Below, one piece after another: positions 40,876-54,831 of a stretch of 64,000 nt of DNA (position 1 is its first letter; each line of letters starts with the position of its first letter). The stretch is from Adineta vaga. Lineage: Eukaryota; Animalia; Rotifera. The stretch lies in contig CP075497.1 in assembly GCA_021613535.1 (NCBI GenBank), forward strand, positions 1,488,001 to 1,552,000, given 5' to 3'. The notes beneath the pieces were generated by a model. That model ran no database searches and had not been told where the DNA came from. It was given only the letters and a program-made list of their open reading frames with translations. Position numbers and translations under genes: made by a program.

Positions 40876-41564
40876 CTATGATAATTGTGGAACTTTTCCA
40901 TCATCAATTCGATTGATTTTATTTGGTGAAGAATTATTATTTAATTTTCTTTTTAAATTATTATTTGATGATAAAGTTTGACATAGAATTCTTTCAATTG
41001 AATAAGAACATTTATTTGTTGGAGGAGATATCGAAGAAAATTCGGATGTTGATGATATGGATGAAAAAAAAAGATTTATCTCTGAAACTAAAAAATCAAA
41101 TGAGAACAAACCATCTTGAAATGCTCTTTCTAATTCATCAATTTGTATACTTGTAAAATTTGTTCGTGTTCGTCTTCGTTTACTATCTCGATCATCACTA
41201 CTTCCGTCTTCACTTAAATTCGATCCTATAGGAAAAGATTTCGAAATAAAGATAAAGATTTCATTAATGGAAATAAACCTTGATCATGATCATCAATTGA
41301 ATGATTCTTTTGTATTGTTGTTGTTGTTGTTGATCGGGGTGAGGAGATCATAATTGGTGATGAAGATTCATGTGGAATTGATAAACAAAGTGAATTTGGT
41401 TTCGAAGGAGGAATTAAGGGTTGAAGAAGAAATGGAGATAAGAAATGATTTCGTATTGCATTAGTAAAATATGGTGAATTATAAAAATTCGTTGATGAAG
41501 GATTTGATGGAAGATTTAGAAACATTGATGAAGAATTTGATCGATTAAATGGACTTGTCGACAT
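40876..41564 (-). CDS. UNCX: UNC-4/Uncx-type homeobox gene with the homeodomain truncated after helix 1
   Basis: Exon 41225-41112 encodes DSKRRRTRTNFTSIQIDELERAFQDG; no HYPD/WFQNRR segment is visible; an eh1-like YSIERIL follows downstream. Confidence 0.7.
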
Positions 41565-42280
41565 AGAGCAAGTTTTCAATTATTTCTTTATAGAAATTGC
41601 TTATTAACTATTAGAGAGAGAGAAGAGAGGGAGAGAGAGAAATAACAAACCTCTCTATATTGTTGAATAGAAAGACGATTAATAAAATACATTGATGTTA
41701 TTTTCTATAATTTACATCGAAAGAGAAAGAGAAAGAGAGAGAGAGAATGGGAAAAAAAGAATTGATTCATATGAACCAATCAGATTTGATTTGATTTTCA
41801 TATTCATTGGTTTATTTTTATATTAAGAAGAAAGAGAAGAAAAAGAAAAAGGAAATTTTTTTGCCTTGAAAAGCGATACACGACAACGAATAAAGACAAT
41901 CGACTATGACAACATTCGAAAAATACATCATGACTTTTTCATTTAACTTCTGTTCATTCATTTCATGGATCATTTTTCTATTTATTGTAATTTGATTATC
42001 CTAAACGTTCATTTTATTGACAAAAACGAATCCTTATTTGCTACTATTTCTTTTCCACATATTGTCCTCAATTAAAACTTTGTTTATTTTAATTCCATAT
42101 CGATGTAATCAGTTCATTAACAAAAGTCAATATTACGATTGATAAATCAATACTGTAACATATCCATGATTTAAGAAACAATGTCAAGCATTTTTCTTAA
42201 GTGTGAATTTGTCACGTGTAGATTTGAAGAAAAAAAAACGAAATCAGATTGTTTGTTTCAATTCGTCAGACAATCACGAA

Positions 42281-42410
42281 TGTCTCGGCGGGGGATGATT
42301 GGAACCACAATGCTCTGGCTTAGAATCCATGGAGAACATTCAGACTAGTCGGGTCCGAATCAAATCCGTTTTATCGGAATGGTTCCAAACTTTTTCGAAC
42401 CTCGCGACAC
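42281..42410. repeat. Short GC-richer imperfect inverted repeat, probable MITE relic
   Basis: tgtctcggcgg..ttggaacca pairs with tggttccaa..cctcgcgaca; no clear TSD. Confidence 0.35.
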
Positions 42411-44419
42411 TTCTATCCTGAAAATATTGTTCTATGATGTGATAAATGAATGTATGAAAAGCGAATATAAGTCATACTTCAATCTATTGTATTAATAAAA
42501 GATTGGTTTTTTCTCCCTTTGATTCGATAAATATATGAAAGGAAAATACAAATATCTATATAATTTGATTTACGCAAACTACCAATAAACAATTGAAGAG
42601 ATTTTTTATAGAAAAAAAACAACGCAAAACATATTTATTTCGTTAATGTCTATTAATCATGATTCACTAATCGAAAGGAAGTTGTTTTATATTTGATAAA
42701 AATCAATTGAATTATCGAGATGATAATGATTATGAAGAGGGAGAAGAAGGAGGAGGAGAAGAAAAAACAAGAGATTCGTTAAATGTGTCAATTAGTTGAG
42801 AATGTTGATGAATAGAAAAGAAGTTATTTTGTGATCGGAGCAATTAATTCTCTCGATTCTTTTACCAGAGATATTAAAACATGCAAACGTTTTCTTTCAT
42901 TTGAAGAAAAAGGAAAATTGAGTAAATATAATTAAGACAATCTGTCAAAGATGTGAATGATGTGTACATACAATTTAATCGTTTGTCGAATAACATCAAA
43001 AATGATTATTTACATACAGATTTCAAATTTCGATATTGACTCAAGACGAGAAAGAATAATTGATCCTACGAATCATTTCAAATGCTTTTCACCTATTCAA
43101 AAATCATGTCAAAATTTTCCAACTATCTCTCATATTCTCTTTTACATATTCACATCAACTTGTTTTCTCCTTCAGATCAATTCTTTTCCAACGTGAAATC
43201 TATTGACAAGAATTTTTCAACAATCGTTCTTCTCACCTAGTTATTCTTTTTCAAAAGACAAACTTCTGTTCAATATTGATTCATTCATGACGATATAAAT
43301 GAATAAATTTCTTTTTCGTTATTAATACGAAACAAATTTCAATCTTGAAAACAAAGTCATTGATGTTTATAGGCTACCCAATTATTAACTTGAATAAAAA
43401 AAAGAAAAAGAAAGAAAGAAAAACTTCTCGTGTTGTGTTTTTTTCTCTCTCTCTCCTCATTTATTAACAATCGATCACTTAAAAAAACACACATACATTT
43501 ATAATTGATCATCGTTTAATGATGTGATTCAATTTCTATGTACGTGTGTTTCTAGGATTATTAAATGGTCATCATTACAGTTCGTGCTTTTTTCTCTCTT
43601 CTTCAGTCATTCTCGGCTCTTTTTTGATTTTCAATCTGTCATTGGGGATTTCTTTCTATTACACACAAAGGAGCAATAGATAATCAAAAAAGCGAGAGCA
43701 AAGCTCATTATTTATTTACATACAAAGTGCCAAATTAATAATGAATTAACTGTCATTTCAACGCGCCTTCCGATAGATAACACAAGAAAGACTAACTCGA
43801 GAAAAAAAAGAAGCCCGTCCATACATATCAAATAGATAATAGATTCTAAATGTGTTTGTTCCGATGATAATCATCATTGACAGAAGCTGATTTTAGTATC
43901 GTCTTTATGTATTCAACATACAAGAAATTTGCAAGTCAATTGATTATTAAACAAAATGTCTGCATTGGAAAGAAGAAGCGTTATCATTTTATGTTGAAAA
44001 AAGAAAAAAAAAGACAAATTCATATAATTGATGTGTAACATCAACATCTGGTCATACATGTTAATAATGAATCAAATATTTCTATTGTTCTTTTAAAATA
44101 TAATTGACATCTTTCATGACAAGTTGTTTAGTCAAGACAAAGAAATTGACAATTTGATAATAAAATTAATAAAGAAAAAGCTTCGAATATTTCATCGATA
44201 GATGGCACTTTTATACGATGAATTTGAGAAAGAATTTTCGAGAGAATTATTGGAATTACAAATGAATATTTCAATGAAAAAACAAATTATTTGATTTATT
44301 GAAAAGCAAAAAAAAAGTTTCAAATGATTAATATGATTGGTAAATGATAATCGAATGAGTGATTTCCATAAGATTTGATTGTTTCTAAATGAAAGGAAAA
44401 GAAGAAATCAATTGAAACT

Positions 44420-45825
44420 ATGACTGAATTAGCAAGACAACGATGGCGAATGCTTGGAGAAGTAAAAGAAAAATGAAATACAAAATAAATACGATAATCA
44501 AAGAAAATTTCTTTAGATTCTTTTAAGTAAAAATCTTGAAACATCCAATGAACATGAAGATATATCTGTGATGCGTTTTAAAACTTATGGATTATATTTA
44601 AGAAGTTTTCTATCAAAGAATGATCATATGGATGGAACATGGTGTAAAATTGAATTTCCTTCATTTGAAGATAATCAATCAAATATTCTCTCGTTGGACA
44701 TTCGGTTGAATTTCATTTTCTCTTTTCTGATTTTAGTCATAGTTTTCATTTGATTAGATTATGTTCAACGAAAATTGAATATGCTGACCTGATTGGATTT
44801 AATAATACTGGAAATACTTGTAAGTTTTATCTTCTAAATTTCTTTTAGTTTAATTTCATTTTCATTCTCAAGGTATTTGGCCATCGGAAGAAGTTCTTGC
44901 ATTTTATTGTTTAAAAGAAAAAGAAAATTTCGAGTAAAATTTCTGATAAATAATATGAAATGAAAGAAACGAATTATTTAGAAATAAAAGTGTTTGTGAA
45001 TTGGGCGGTGGAATGACATGTTTAGCTGGTCTTGCTGTAAGGAAAAAGAGATCTGAGAAATTGCATGAATTTATTTTTATTTTATCTTTTTGCATGTTTA
45101 TTTAATCACAGTTGGCTCGATCGATTTCGCTCAAAGAGTTTGTTGCTACCGATGGAAATGAGAGAAGCATTGCCAGTATTGTTTTTACTCTTTCATTTTG
45201 TATTGTGTTTTGTTTTAATTTGATTTATTTTTGTATTAAGATTTAAATGAAATATTAAAATGGAAAGATAATGAAAAGAATTGGTTATGTTCAATTGAAC
45301 CGAAAGTTTTAATATGGAGTCGAACATTCAATGAAATTAATTTCAAAGAACGTTTTGATTTTATTATTTCAGCTGATTGGTAAAAAAAAATAAAAATCTT
45401 TTTCTTCAATTTTCTTTTTTTCTTTAGTTTTTTCTTTGAAGATCTTCATCATGATCTTTGTCATACAATTTATTATATGTTAAAAGATTCAGTAAATATT
45501 CATAAACGTTTCTCTTATTTTATGAAAATCTTTACTTTGTTTTCTTCTACTAAAGGGTGTTGCAATTAATTTTGCTCCATATCGTTCAAAAACTTTGAAT
45601 AAATTCGTATCAATTGCTGAAACATATCCATTCGATTGTCGTGTATTTGAACATTATGATCAAGAAGTTTTCGATAAGCATTTACAAGTAAATATCTATG
45701 AAAAAGATTGAAACAAAAATCGAATGTATTTTCTTAAATTTTAGTGTCAACAAATCAATAAAAATTATTCAAGTGATCTTCATTATCCAATTCTCGTTAT
45801 TTTACGTAAACGTTCTCACAACTGA
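44420..45825 (+). CDS. CAMKMT: Calmodulin-lysine N-methyltransferase, multi-exon (mostly missed by the ORF track)
   Basis: [62 protein letters not shown], DLHYP across short exons. Confidence 0.9.
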
Positions 45826-45950
45826 TCTTAATTTGATTCCAATTAAATCAATCATTCCATTTATTGAAAAAATCTCTTTTTTTTTCCTTCATAGAAATTT
45901 TCCTTGATGTTTTAGAAAGAATAAATTTATTTTCATTGTAAATCTTTTAG

Positions 45951-46813
45951 ATGAAATTATCACGTCATAAATTTATTCGTCGATTATTGAATTATTATCG
46001 TACACATTTTCATATTGATATTCCATTTGTTATTTTAATTGATGGAACATTTGCATTCGAAGCACTTCAATGCAAAATTCAAATTGATGAACAATTAAAA
46101 TCTTATTTAGAAACTGATCAAATCAAATGTTCAACAACATTATGTGCAATTAAAGAAACAGAATTATTAGGTAAAATTGCATTTGGTCCAATGTTGATCT
46201 TAAAACAATATGAAATAATTAAATGTAATCATTATCCATCCATATCCGCTGAAAAATGTTTTCAACAAGTTTTAATAAACGATAAAAGCAAACAATATTT
46301 TCTTGCTTCACAAGTTTGTCTGATTAAAATTTCTTTGAAAATCAAACATTTCTTTCTTTCTTTCTTTCTTTTTTTTAGTCGTTATCATTACGTGAATATT
46401 GTCATGAATATCGTCCAGATTTACCAACAATGTTAATAACACATAATTCAATAAATTTAGAACGTCCATCATTGTTAAGTCGTTCGATTGTTGAAGAAAC
46501 GAAAAAGGAACGATTAAAAATCACTAAACATGAATCAACTGTATTGAAAAAGATCAAGAAAGAATTGAATCTTAATGAAGAGGAAAATTTAGTGAAAAAA
46601 AAGAAAAAGAAAAAACCTGGAATAAATCCTTTATCAATGAAGAAAAAGAAACAAAAAATTGTAACCAATGAATTAATCAATGGAAAATCAATGCGAAGAA
46701 AAAGACGTCGTACAAGACAAATGAGAATGTCATCACATTTAAAAGAACATTTAAAAGAATTAGAAAAAACGTTTTCAATAAAGAAATTTGTTGAAGAAAA
46801 AACTTTGTTTTAG
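45951..46813 (+). CDS. UTP23: rRNA-processing protein UTP23 (PIN domain), 2 exons
   Basis: MKLSRHKF, ILIDGTF, C.H...SAEKC, YFLASQ, PGINPLSMKKKK. Confidence 0.9.
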
Positions 46814-46827
46814 ATAAAAAAAAAAGA

Positions 46828-48464
46828 ATGTTATCTTTATTTCTTTTTGCTATTCATTCAATGAAACTATCAATACCAATTCTTTGTTTATATGGTTCAG
46901 CACCGACTTTCTTTACATTTTGGTCGTTTGTACGATTATTGACTTTACCTTTACCAAAACATATTTATCGACAATGTGATGATCATTTATATTCAATTTA
47001 TCAAAGATTTGCTTTGTTTTTCTTTCAAAATTGTCTTCAAGTTAAAGTATGCTCTAATTTTACTTCAGTTCCAACAAAAACAGAAGATAATTAAGATATC
47101 TGGATATGTTCTATCAAATCTTTCATAAGGGGACATCTCACATCTGGTTCATAGTAAAGATAAAACACATGAAATCTGTCGCTATTGTGGAGAATTGAAA
47201 AGAACTGTTTGAGAAACTAAGCAATTTCTGTTTGTGAAAATGTAGAATGTAAAGATTAATCTTGATTTAGATTTATGTTCATGGTGATTACAAAGAAATC
47301 TTTGAAAAAAAAGAGAATATTTTATATTTATCGAATCATCAAAGTTCAGGTAAAATTGATAAATTTCATATAAAAAAAAAGTAAATAAAATCCAATAAAC
47401 TCAAGTTGATTGGATCGTAACAAATATGTTAGCCATTCATCAAGGAAGTCTTGGACATATTCGTTATGTTCTCAAAAATGATTTAAAATATATTCCATTT
47501 TATGGATTTTATTTTCAACAAGTAAAATAAGAGAAGAAATTGATTTTCAATGATACATTTTGATTTTTGTTTAGCATGGTTGTATTTATGTTCATCGAAA
47601 TGATAAAGGAGATTTAAATCGTCTAGAAAAAGGAATGAAACAAGTGATTCATAATGGTTTACCTATTTGGCTTGTAATATTTCCTGAAGGAACAAGATAT
47701 AATCCAATTAATAATCAAAATGCAATTCAAAAATCAAAAATATTTGCAGAAGAAAAAGGTTTTTCATCGAATGAAAAACTAATTTGATTGATAATTATCT
47801 TTTTCAAAGGAAATTCACCATTAGAATATGTTCTTTATCCTCGATCAGGTGCAACAATAGCTGCAATTAAAACTCTTAAAGAACATTTAGATGCTGTTTA
47901 TGATATAACATTGATGTATAATCAAACTTATGATGAACAAAAACAAATTCGTTTAGCTGCACCATCAATGTCTGGTAAAAATGAAGAACTGATTTAAAAA
48001 AAGAATCTTTTCGTTGTTTTCAGAATATTTACAAGGTCAAACAAATGAATTACATATTGATATTAGACGAATTGAAATGAAACAAATTCCAAATGAAACA
48101 AATGAAGAAATCTCTCAATGGCTTTATCAAAGATTTCAATTAAAAGATCAGTAAATATTTTTTAAAACAAAAACATTTTTCAAATATAATTCGTTTTTAT
48201 CTTTTCGATTTTTAGATTATTAAAACGATTTTATAGTTTTAAAAGAAATGAAATATTTCATTCCGATGAAAATGATCAACCAATTGAACTTCATTTACCC
48301 TAATAGAAACACTTCCATCATGTTTATTTCTAACATTAACTACACTTCCACTCCTATTAAATGATCGTGAACGTTCAATTTATTGCAAACTTTGTTTAAT
48401 TCTTCCACCAATCACACTTCTATGGATGAATTTATCTTCTTTTCTACAAAAAACATCGAGATAA
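46828..48464 (+). CDS. AGPAT5: 1-acyl-sn-glycerol-3-phosphate acyltransferase epsilon; 1-nt frameshift at ~48301
   Basis: GSAPT..W, DDHLYSIYQ, NHQSSVDW, FPEGTRYNP, LYPRSGA; the conserved tail TLPSCLFL..IY lies in a shifted frame after TAA at 48301-48303. Confidence 0.88.
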
Positions 48465-48559
48465 TTTTCTCAACTAAATTCTATTTGATTTGTTTTTCTA
48501 GATAAAATTTTGTGATTAGAAATCTTTTGAAATAAAAATGATCAATGAATTTATTTTAG

Positions 48560-49201
48560 ATGATGGGTTCACCGCATAACGGTGGGAGCGGTGAAGAAGA
48601 TGATAAATGTGTACCAAGAGCTGCTGTATATAAAATGATTAAAGATTGTACACCACAAATTCGTGTTTCCGGCGAAGCAAAAGAATTTTTTGTTCAATGT
48701 TGTAATGAATTTATTCATACATTAGCTTTACAAGCCAATGCTGTTTGTGAACGACAAGCCAAAAAACTCATTCATCCAGATCATATTGTTACAGGTTGAT
48801 ATTAATAAAATTCAATGTGTGTGATTTGTTTTTTACTTTTGAAAAATTCATTTAGCTTTGGATAATTTGGGTTTTAATTCATATAAAACGAATTGTTTAA
48901 ATGCAATGGAAACAGCGCAAGAAGAAATGGCACAAAAACGTAAGAAACTTCATGGAAAACCAACATCAATCTATTCACAAGAAGAATTACGAAGACAACA
49001 AGAACTTCTTTTTGAACAAGTATTTTATTCTTTTTTAAATTCTGTGTTTTTTTTTCTTCTTCTATTGAAATTCTTTAGGCACGTGAAGAATTACAACAAT
49101 TAGAAGAAGATGATTGGGCAAAAACACAAGAATTATCCAAAGAAGTTTTAAGAAAAAAATTAGAAGCCACACGAACTGATGATGATAATTATGATGATTA
49201 A
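48560..49201 (+). CDS. DR1: Negative cofactor 2 beta (Dr1), histone fold, 3 exons
   Basis: VPRAAVYKMIKD..PQIRV, CCNEFIH, KKLIHPDH, EELRRQQELLFEQAR. Confidence 0.92.
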
Positions 49202-49655
49202 TTCATTTTCTTTTCTCAAAAATAAATTCTTTCTTTTTTCGTTATTCTTATTCAAGGTCAAAAGAAAAATATATGTATCATTTAACCGAAGACGAAAAAA
49301 ACACATTTCCTTATTAATCGCCGTTTTGGGTACATAGATGTTCAAATGCCGATTTCTTGATAAATGAATTAATCGTTAAGAAATCGAGTAGAGATAAACA
49401 AACAAATTTGATCTAATGTTTATTTTATTTTTCAATCAATAATAAATAGAAAGACGATTCTCTCATGACGTGACTAAATCAAGAAGAAAGTCGCGTCATG
49501 TTGTTATACGTGATATTTATTAATGAAGAAATTCAATTATCAATCATTCTATTAATATTATCATTTAGAATTCAATGAAAATCGAAGAGAAACTAGTCGG
49601 ATTTATTCTTTTATCACTATTTTAAGAATAGAATTCACATGATTTGTTTTTTTTT

Positions 49656-51234
49656 CTATAGAAAAAGTAATTTTTTAACCGAAAGAAAAATATTTTTAAA
49701 AGCTAAACGAAAATTTTTGTTTAATATCGCATAAAGTACAGGATTAATTGATGAATTGGAATAACCCAACCAAACAAAGAATTCAATAGCATTAAAACTT
49801 AAACAAAGACAAACAGCTCGGATAATATATAATGTAAAGAATGGTAACCAACAGCAAATAAAACAACCGATAACAATAGCCAATGAACGAGTAACACGCG
49901 CTTCAGCTGTCATTTCACGACGTCTTAATTGTTGTTGATCAATATGTTGAATATCATCGTTTATAAAAGAACTTTGAGAGAAACTTGTTGATCCACTTTG
50001 ATGACGGAATAATTTTGATTTTCGTTGATTTTCATTTGTTGAAGAATGGAAACAACATGGAAGAACTGAAGTTCTTTTGGACGGATCACGAATCGATGAT
50101 GATGAATCACGAGATTTTTCTATTCAATCGAAAAAAAAATAATAAAAATTTAGTCAATGATAAGAATGAGTGTACCCGATGTTATTGTTCGATTACTTCT
50201 CTTTGTTGATCTTTTCTTCATTTTCAATGATTGTTGTCGAATAGCATAGAACACTTTGATATATAGAAAAATCATAATAATTAAGGGAAAATAAAATGAA
50301 AGTAAAGAACTAATGACAACAAAATTTAAATCTTTATATAATTCACATTGACGATTTGTTGACGTATATTTTGTCGGTGTCATATAAATTGTTTCATTTC
50401 TTATTTCCGAATAAATTGCAACTTTTTTTTCAAAAAATAGTGTCGGTAATAGACATATAGCAATTGATACAAACCATGCAACACAAATATAAATTAATGC
50501 TAAACGAATTGAATGACGATGATGTCGATAACGTATCGGATAATTTGTTGCAATATATCGATCGAATGCAATCATTAATAAACCCTTGAATAAGATAAAA
50601 ATAAATGATTTTGAAAAAAAGAAAAGATATTCTAATTTACCCAAATTGATGCAGTAGAACAAAGAACATCAATAACTAACCAAATTTCACAAAGATATTT
50701 TCCAAAATACCAAAATCCAAATGTTGAATAAGATGCTGAAAATGGTAAAACTGCAATACCCAGAAGAAGATCACTGATAGCTAAATTAATAATTAAATAA
50801 TTGGACATTCCACCTTGTCGAATTTGTTTATCAGTAACAAAGGCGAGAATAACTAAAATATTTCCCAAAATTGTCCAAACTGTTATTGTAAAAAGAATAA
50901 TTCCAAGAACGATAGGAATAAACATGGCCGATGATGATGATGATGATGATGATGATGAAAGTACTAATTGAGATGAATTTGAAAATGAATTCTCGAAAAG
51001 AGATGAAAAAAACATTGTCTGATTTGTTCCGAAGAGAAAGAAATCGTTGTTCTCGTAATGATCCTTAGTCGGAAGAGAATAAATATAAGAAGAACTATTT
51101 GTATTCGCGTTATTCTTTTCATCATTTTGTTTGTTCCAATATAAAGAATGATTAGACGGACCAGGAAGAAAATTACTTTTGAGAGAAAGCACCATTTTCA
51201 CTGTTGTTGTTGATGATAATATCTCTTCAAACAT
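49656..51234 (-). CDS. Aminergic class A GPCR (octopamine/tyramine/alpha-adrenergic-like), 3 exons
   Basis: GNILV, LAISD, D3.32 in DVLCSTASI, DRY, SFYFP, CWLPFF, NPVLY. Confidence 0.9.
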
Positions 51235-53891
51235 TACTTCTTCAAATAATAATTATCAATTATCATGTCTTAATAAACAAAACAAAACTCTTCTTTTGAG
51301 TATCAAATTAACTTATTAATCTAAATATCATTCTCTTCTTTCATGTAATTAATCTCTCTAGTTTTGGTTTTCTCTTTATCATAGGACTTTGATCAATTGA
51401 TCTTTTTCTTCATTCGATAAATCATATAACTTACTATCGATCTAAAAATGATTGATGTTAAAATCCTGTTTTTTTTTGTTCTTTAAGTCAATATTTGAAA
51501 TGTGTTTTCTGAATAATAAATCGATTTCTTACTTTTTCTATATCTTAATATTGTCTTTGCGACATATTTGCTTGTCTGTTCAACTGTAAATAAGAGAATC
51601 GACATTGACATTGCGATGAGAAAGAAAAAGAAAGTTTTTCCGGAACGGATAACAATATTAATCTAGATAAGAAACGACAAACAAGACCATCCTTCTTCCT
51701 CGACGATTAAACTCCAGTAAGAGAAGAAGAAAAATCTATATGATAATTAATGAGCTTATTCAAGAAATATAGTTTTCTATTAAACTTAAAATAACTCTGA
51801 GAGAAAATACGATCAGATAAACATATTTCTTTTTTTTTTGACTCGTTTCAATTAACATTCTCATAACTGATCTAATAAGAAGGAAAAAAAAATTTATTCG
51901 ATTTAATCGTTTCGAACGGAAAGAAATGTCAAAATTTGTTCATTTATTTTCTCTCGGGTCTTTTCGAACGAACATCAATTAGATATTCATTAACTTACAA
52001 ATAACGAACTGTTTTGATCTAAATTTGTTATATATTCGCATGTATCTCAAGAGAAATTCTCTTGAGTTCACACATTTAATTATTCTAGCGTTTACATACG
52101 ACAACAAGAAGGAGAAGTTTTTAAGTAAAAAACAATTATCATTAGAAATTATTGTCTATTTGGTTCGAATAGGAAAGAGGTTAATGGAAAAGTCAGATTT
52201 ACATATTTTCTATGAAGAAAGATCACATCACTTTTAATGTTTTATTTATTATTCGTCAGATTATTTCCAAGATTTACTCTGAGATTCTTTTTTGAATTCA
52301 TTTAAAAGTCGATTTACTTACTTAGAAAGAAGATGAAGAAGTAATTCTTAGTGATATTTGACGTCAATTGTGCTTGAGCTAGACCTCGATAATTGCATGT
52401 CAAAGAACATTTTTATTTAGAATTTTTTCCGATAAAATAATATTATTTGAAAAAAAAACAAGAAAGAAAAACCAAACTTTTCTTCGTTTAGAATATGATA
52501 AACATCTCGTTTCCTATTTGAAATTCTTTACACAAATTTTACAAGAAATAACGAATGTTATGTCAGATTAATTCAATTATCTATTGAGATTATTAATTTT
52601 GAAATAAGTTCTATTTTGATTATTGTCAAATGTAGAAATCGAATCATTTCTTTATCTCTTACCCAAATACTGGAAAACATAACTTTATTGATGGTAAAGT
52701 ATAAGACAATACATCATCTCAACTAAAACATAAACAGATAATATTATCATAGGAAAGTTGAAGAAAAGAAGTAGAACTGAACACATGACGTCTGTCTTTT
52801 ATTCACAAGAAGTAGTAATGATTTGTTTCATTATAAGATCTCTTAACAGTGTTGTATCAGATAATCAGATGAAACGTTGGTGATTATCGGATGGTGTTGG
52901 TGTATGATAAACATTTTCACCATGGTTTTGTCTCGCGTTGTATATAATATATTATTGGTCTGATGTTTGTTTTCACATTTTATCAAGGATATATCGTAGG
53001 TGATTGTGTAGATTAGCGTCATTAGTTGTTGATACTGTTTGGATTGATCTTTTCAGCAGTTCTGTTGTACAAATACTATACCGAGTATTGCTATTATAGA
53101 CTATTTCAACGTTTGCCAATGAAAATGTTGTGATATAGGAAAGAAATTGTTCAACATATCATTTTGAAATAGTAATCACTTTTTGTCGGTCTTATTATTT
53201 CAGAATCGACACATGAGAATAAAATGAATGACATAGAATGGTACTCAATAATTACGATGAAAAATCTTTGACAATAGATAGAGGTGTCAAAGCAATCATT
53301 AAACTGGTGTATTCTAGAAATAAAATGTATTGTGTCAATGGCATCGAAATAAACAATATCGACTAAAAGTAAAAGATACTTTGAGGATGAGAGTATAGGT
53401 TTTACTTATGACATCGGTTTACATTAGAATGATGTCTTGCCTGTGCGTGATGAGGGTAGTACCGGTCGATTAGTCGAAGACATTAAGTTTGACATGATCG
53501 GAAAAACATAGAAATTATATTTTATTAAATAATTTCTCATAGCATCATATGCGTTCTCTATATCAACATAATTAGTTGTTTTAATAAGTACACGTATACA
53601 AATAATGCTGTACCTAGATGTCAACATAGATTGTTGTTGTTGTTGTTGTTGTTTGCATTTATTTCGAAGATTTTCAAAAAAGGGAACAATCTGGATAAGT
53701 TGATCATCGAACATAATACCTTTCGCATGCTAAACGAACGCTCTACCTTGTGAACTACATCTCCATGTTAACATGTTCTCATGAAATATTTCTGATTGAT
53801 AATTTCAAAATCATAACGGTTGTTATGCAATTTATTTTTCTTTTATTCGAAAAATTTTCTGTTTGTTTTTATTGAATTCAATCGAATATTC

Positions 53892-54356
53892 ATGTCAAGA
53901 AAATCTGATCCATTTACTGAAGTTTTTAATTTAATTAAAGGTAAAACTAATACAATTGACGGAGATTTTTCGATAGAAAATATTCAAAATCTTCTCAATA
54001 ATGAAACAACTATGAATCTCATGTTAAATATTGCACCTCAAATGGCTTCACATCTATTGACTTCAGAGATTCTTCAAAAGATTCTTGATACAAATCCCGA
54101 ACTAACAAATGAATTAATGACAGAACAAATTAATTTATTTGAAAAAGATCATCCAGAATCTAAAGAGATTATTAATAAATATCTACGATTATACGAAGAA
54201 AATTATTCGAATAAACGAATTTATAATATTCGAATGTTTGTTAAATCAGATCAATGTAAAAAGGCTTTGGAAGATCCACAAATTAAACTTTATTTAAAAG
54301 AAATTCTCAATTCATCCGATTTCAAAGAAAAGATCAAACAATTCAAAAAAAAATAA
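53892..54356 (+). CDS. Intronless helical protein of unknown function (~154 aa)
   Basis: Clean ORF with a probable ATG at 53892 (MSRKSDPF); no recognised motif. Confidence 0.55.
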   Translation: MSRKSDPFTEVFNLIKGKTNTIDGDFSIENIQNLLNNETTMNLMLNIAPQMASHLLTSEILQKILDTNPELTNELMTEQINLFEKDHPESKEIINKYLRLYEENYSNKRIYNIRMFVKSDQCKKALEDPQIKLYLKEILNSSDFKEKIKQFKKK

Positions 54357-54418
54357 TTTCATATTATTTACAATGACTTTCAAAAGATTTTAATATTATT
54401 CCAAGAAATATATTGATA

Positions 54419-54831
54419 TCTGGTTAACCCTCATCGCCGAAAAGTGCCATGGTCGAAACATACATCACCGAAATCGCAGATTGTTGAAAAGAATATCGCC
54501 GAAATAGAAATAGTCGACATATATGTCATCGAAGTAAACATCGCCGAACTTCCCTTAAGTATTGATAATCTGTATATCATTCTTAATAACCATTCACTTC
54601 GGCAATCATCATGATTGCTCTCATTTGTATCCACACATAAATACATAAACAGATGTATGAGGAAGTATTTTATTAAAGATCTGCATTGAGAGTTTGTTCT
54701 GCTAAAATTCAAACCAATGATAATAGATGTCATCGATGATTATAATTGATCGAAAGTCGTATCCTCGAAATGTATATTGGCGAAAGTGACTTGACCGAAA
54801 GCGTGTATGATCGAAATGGATTCACACCAGA
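54419..54831. mobile_element. MITE-like element with short TIRs (TCTGGT/ACCAGA), TA flanks and two blocks of ~15-bp CGAA-phased repeats
   Basis: TA at 54417-54418 and 54832-54833; CGA recurs every 15-17 nt at 54438-54545 and 54734-54812. Confidence 0.6.

Noticed and set aside
54431-54733. 100-aa ORF, and ORF 55696-55902
   Set aside because: Both fall within MITE sequence and show no protein motifs.
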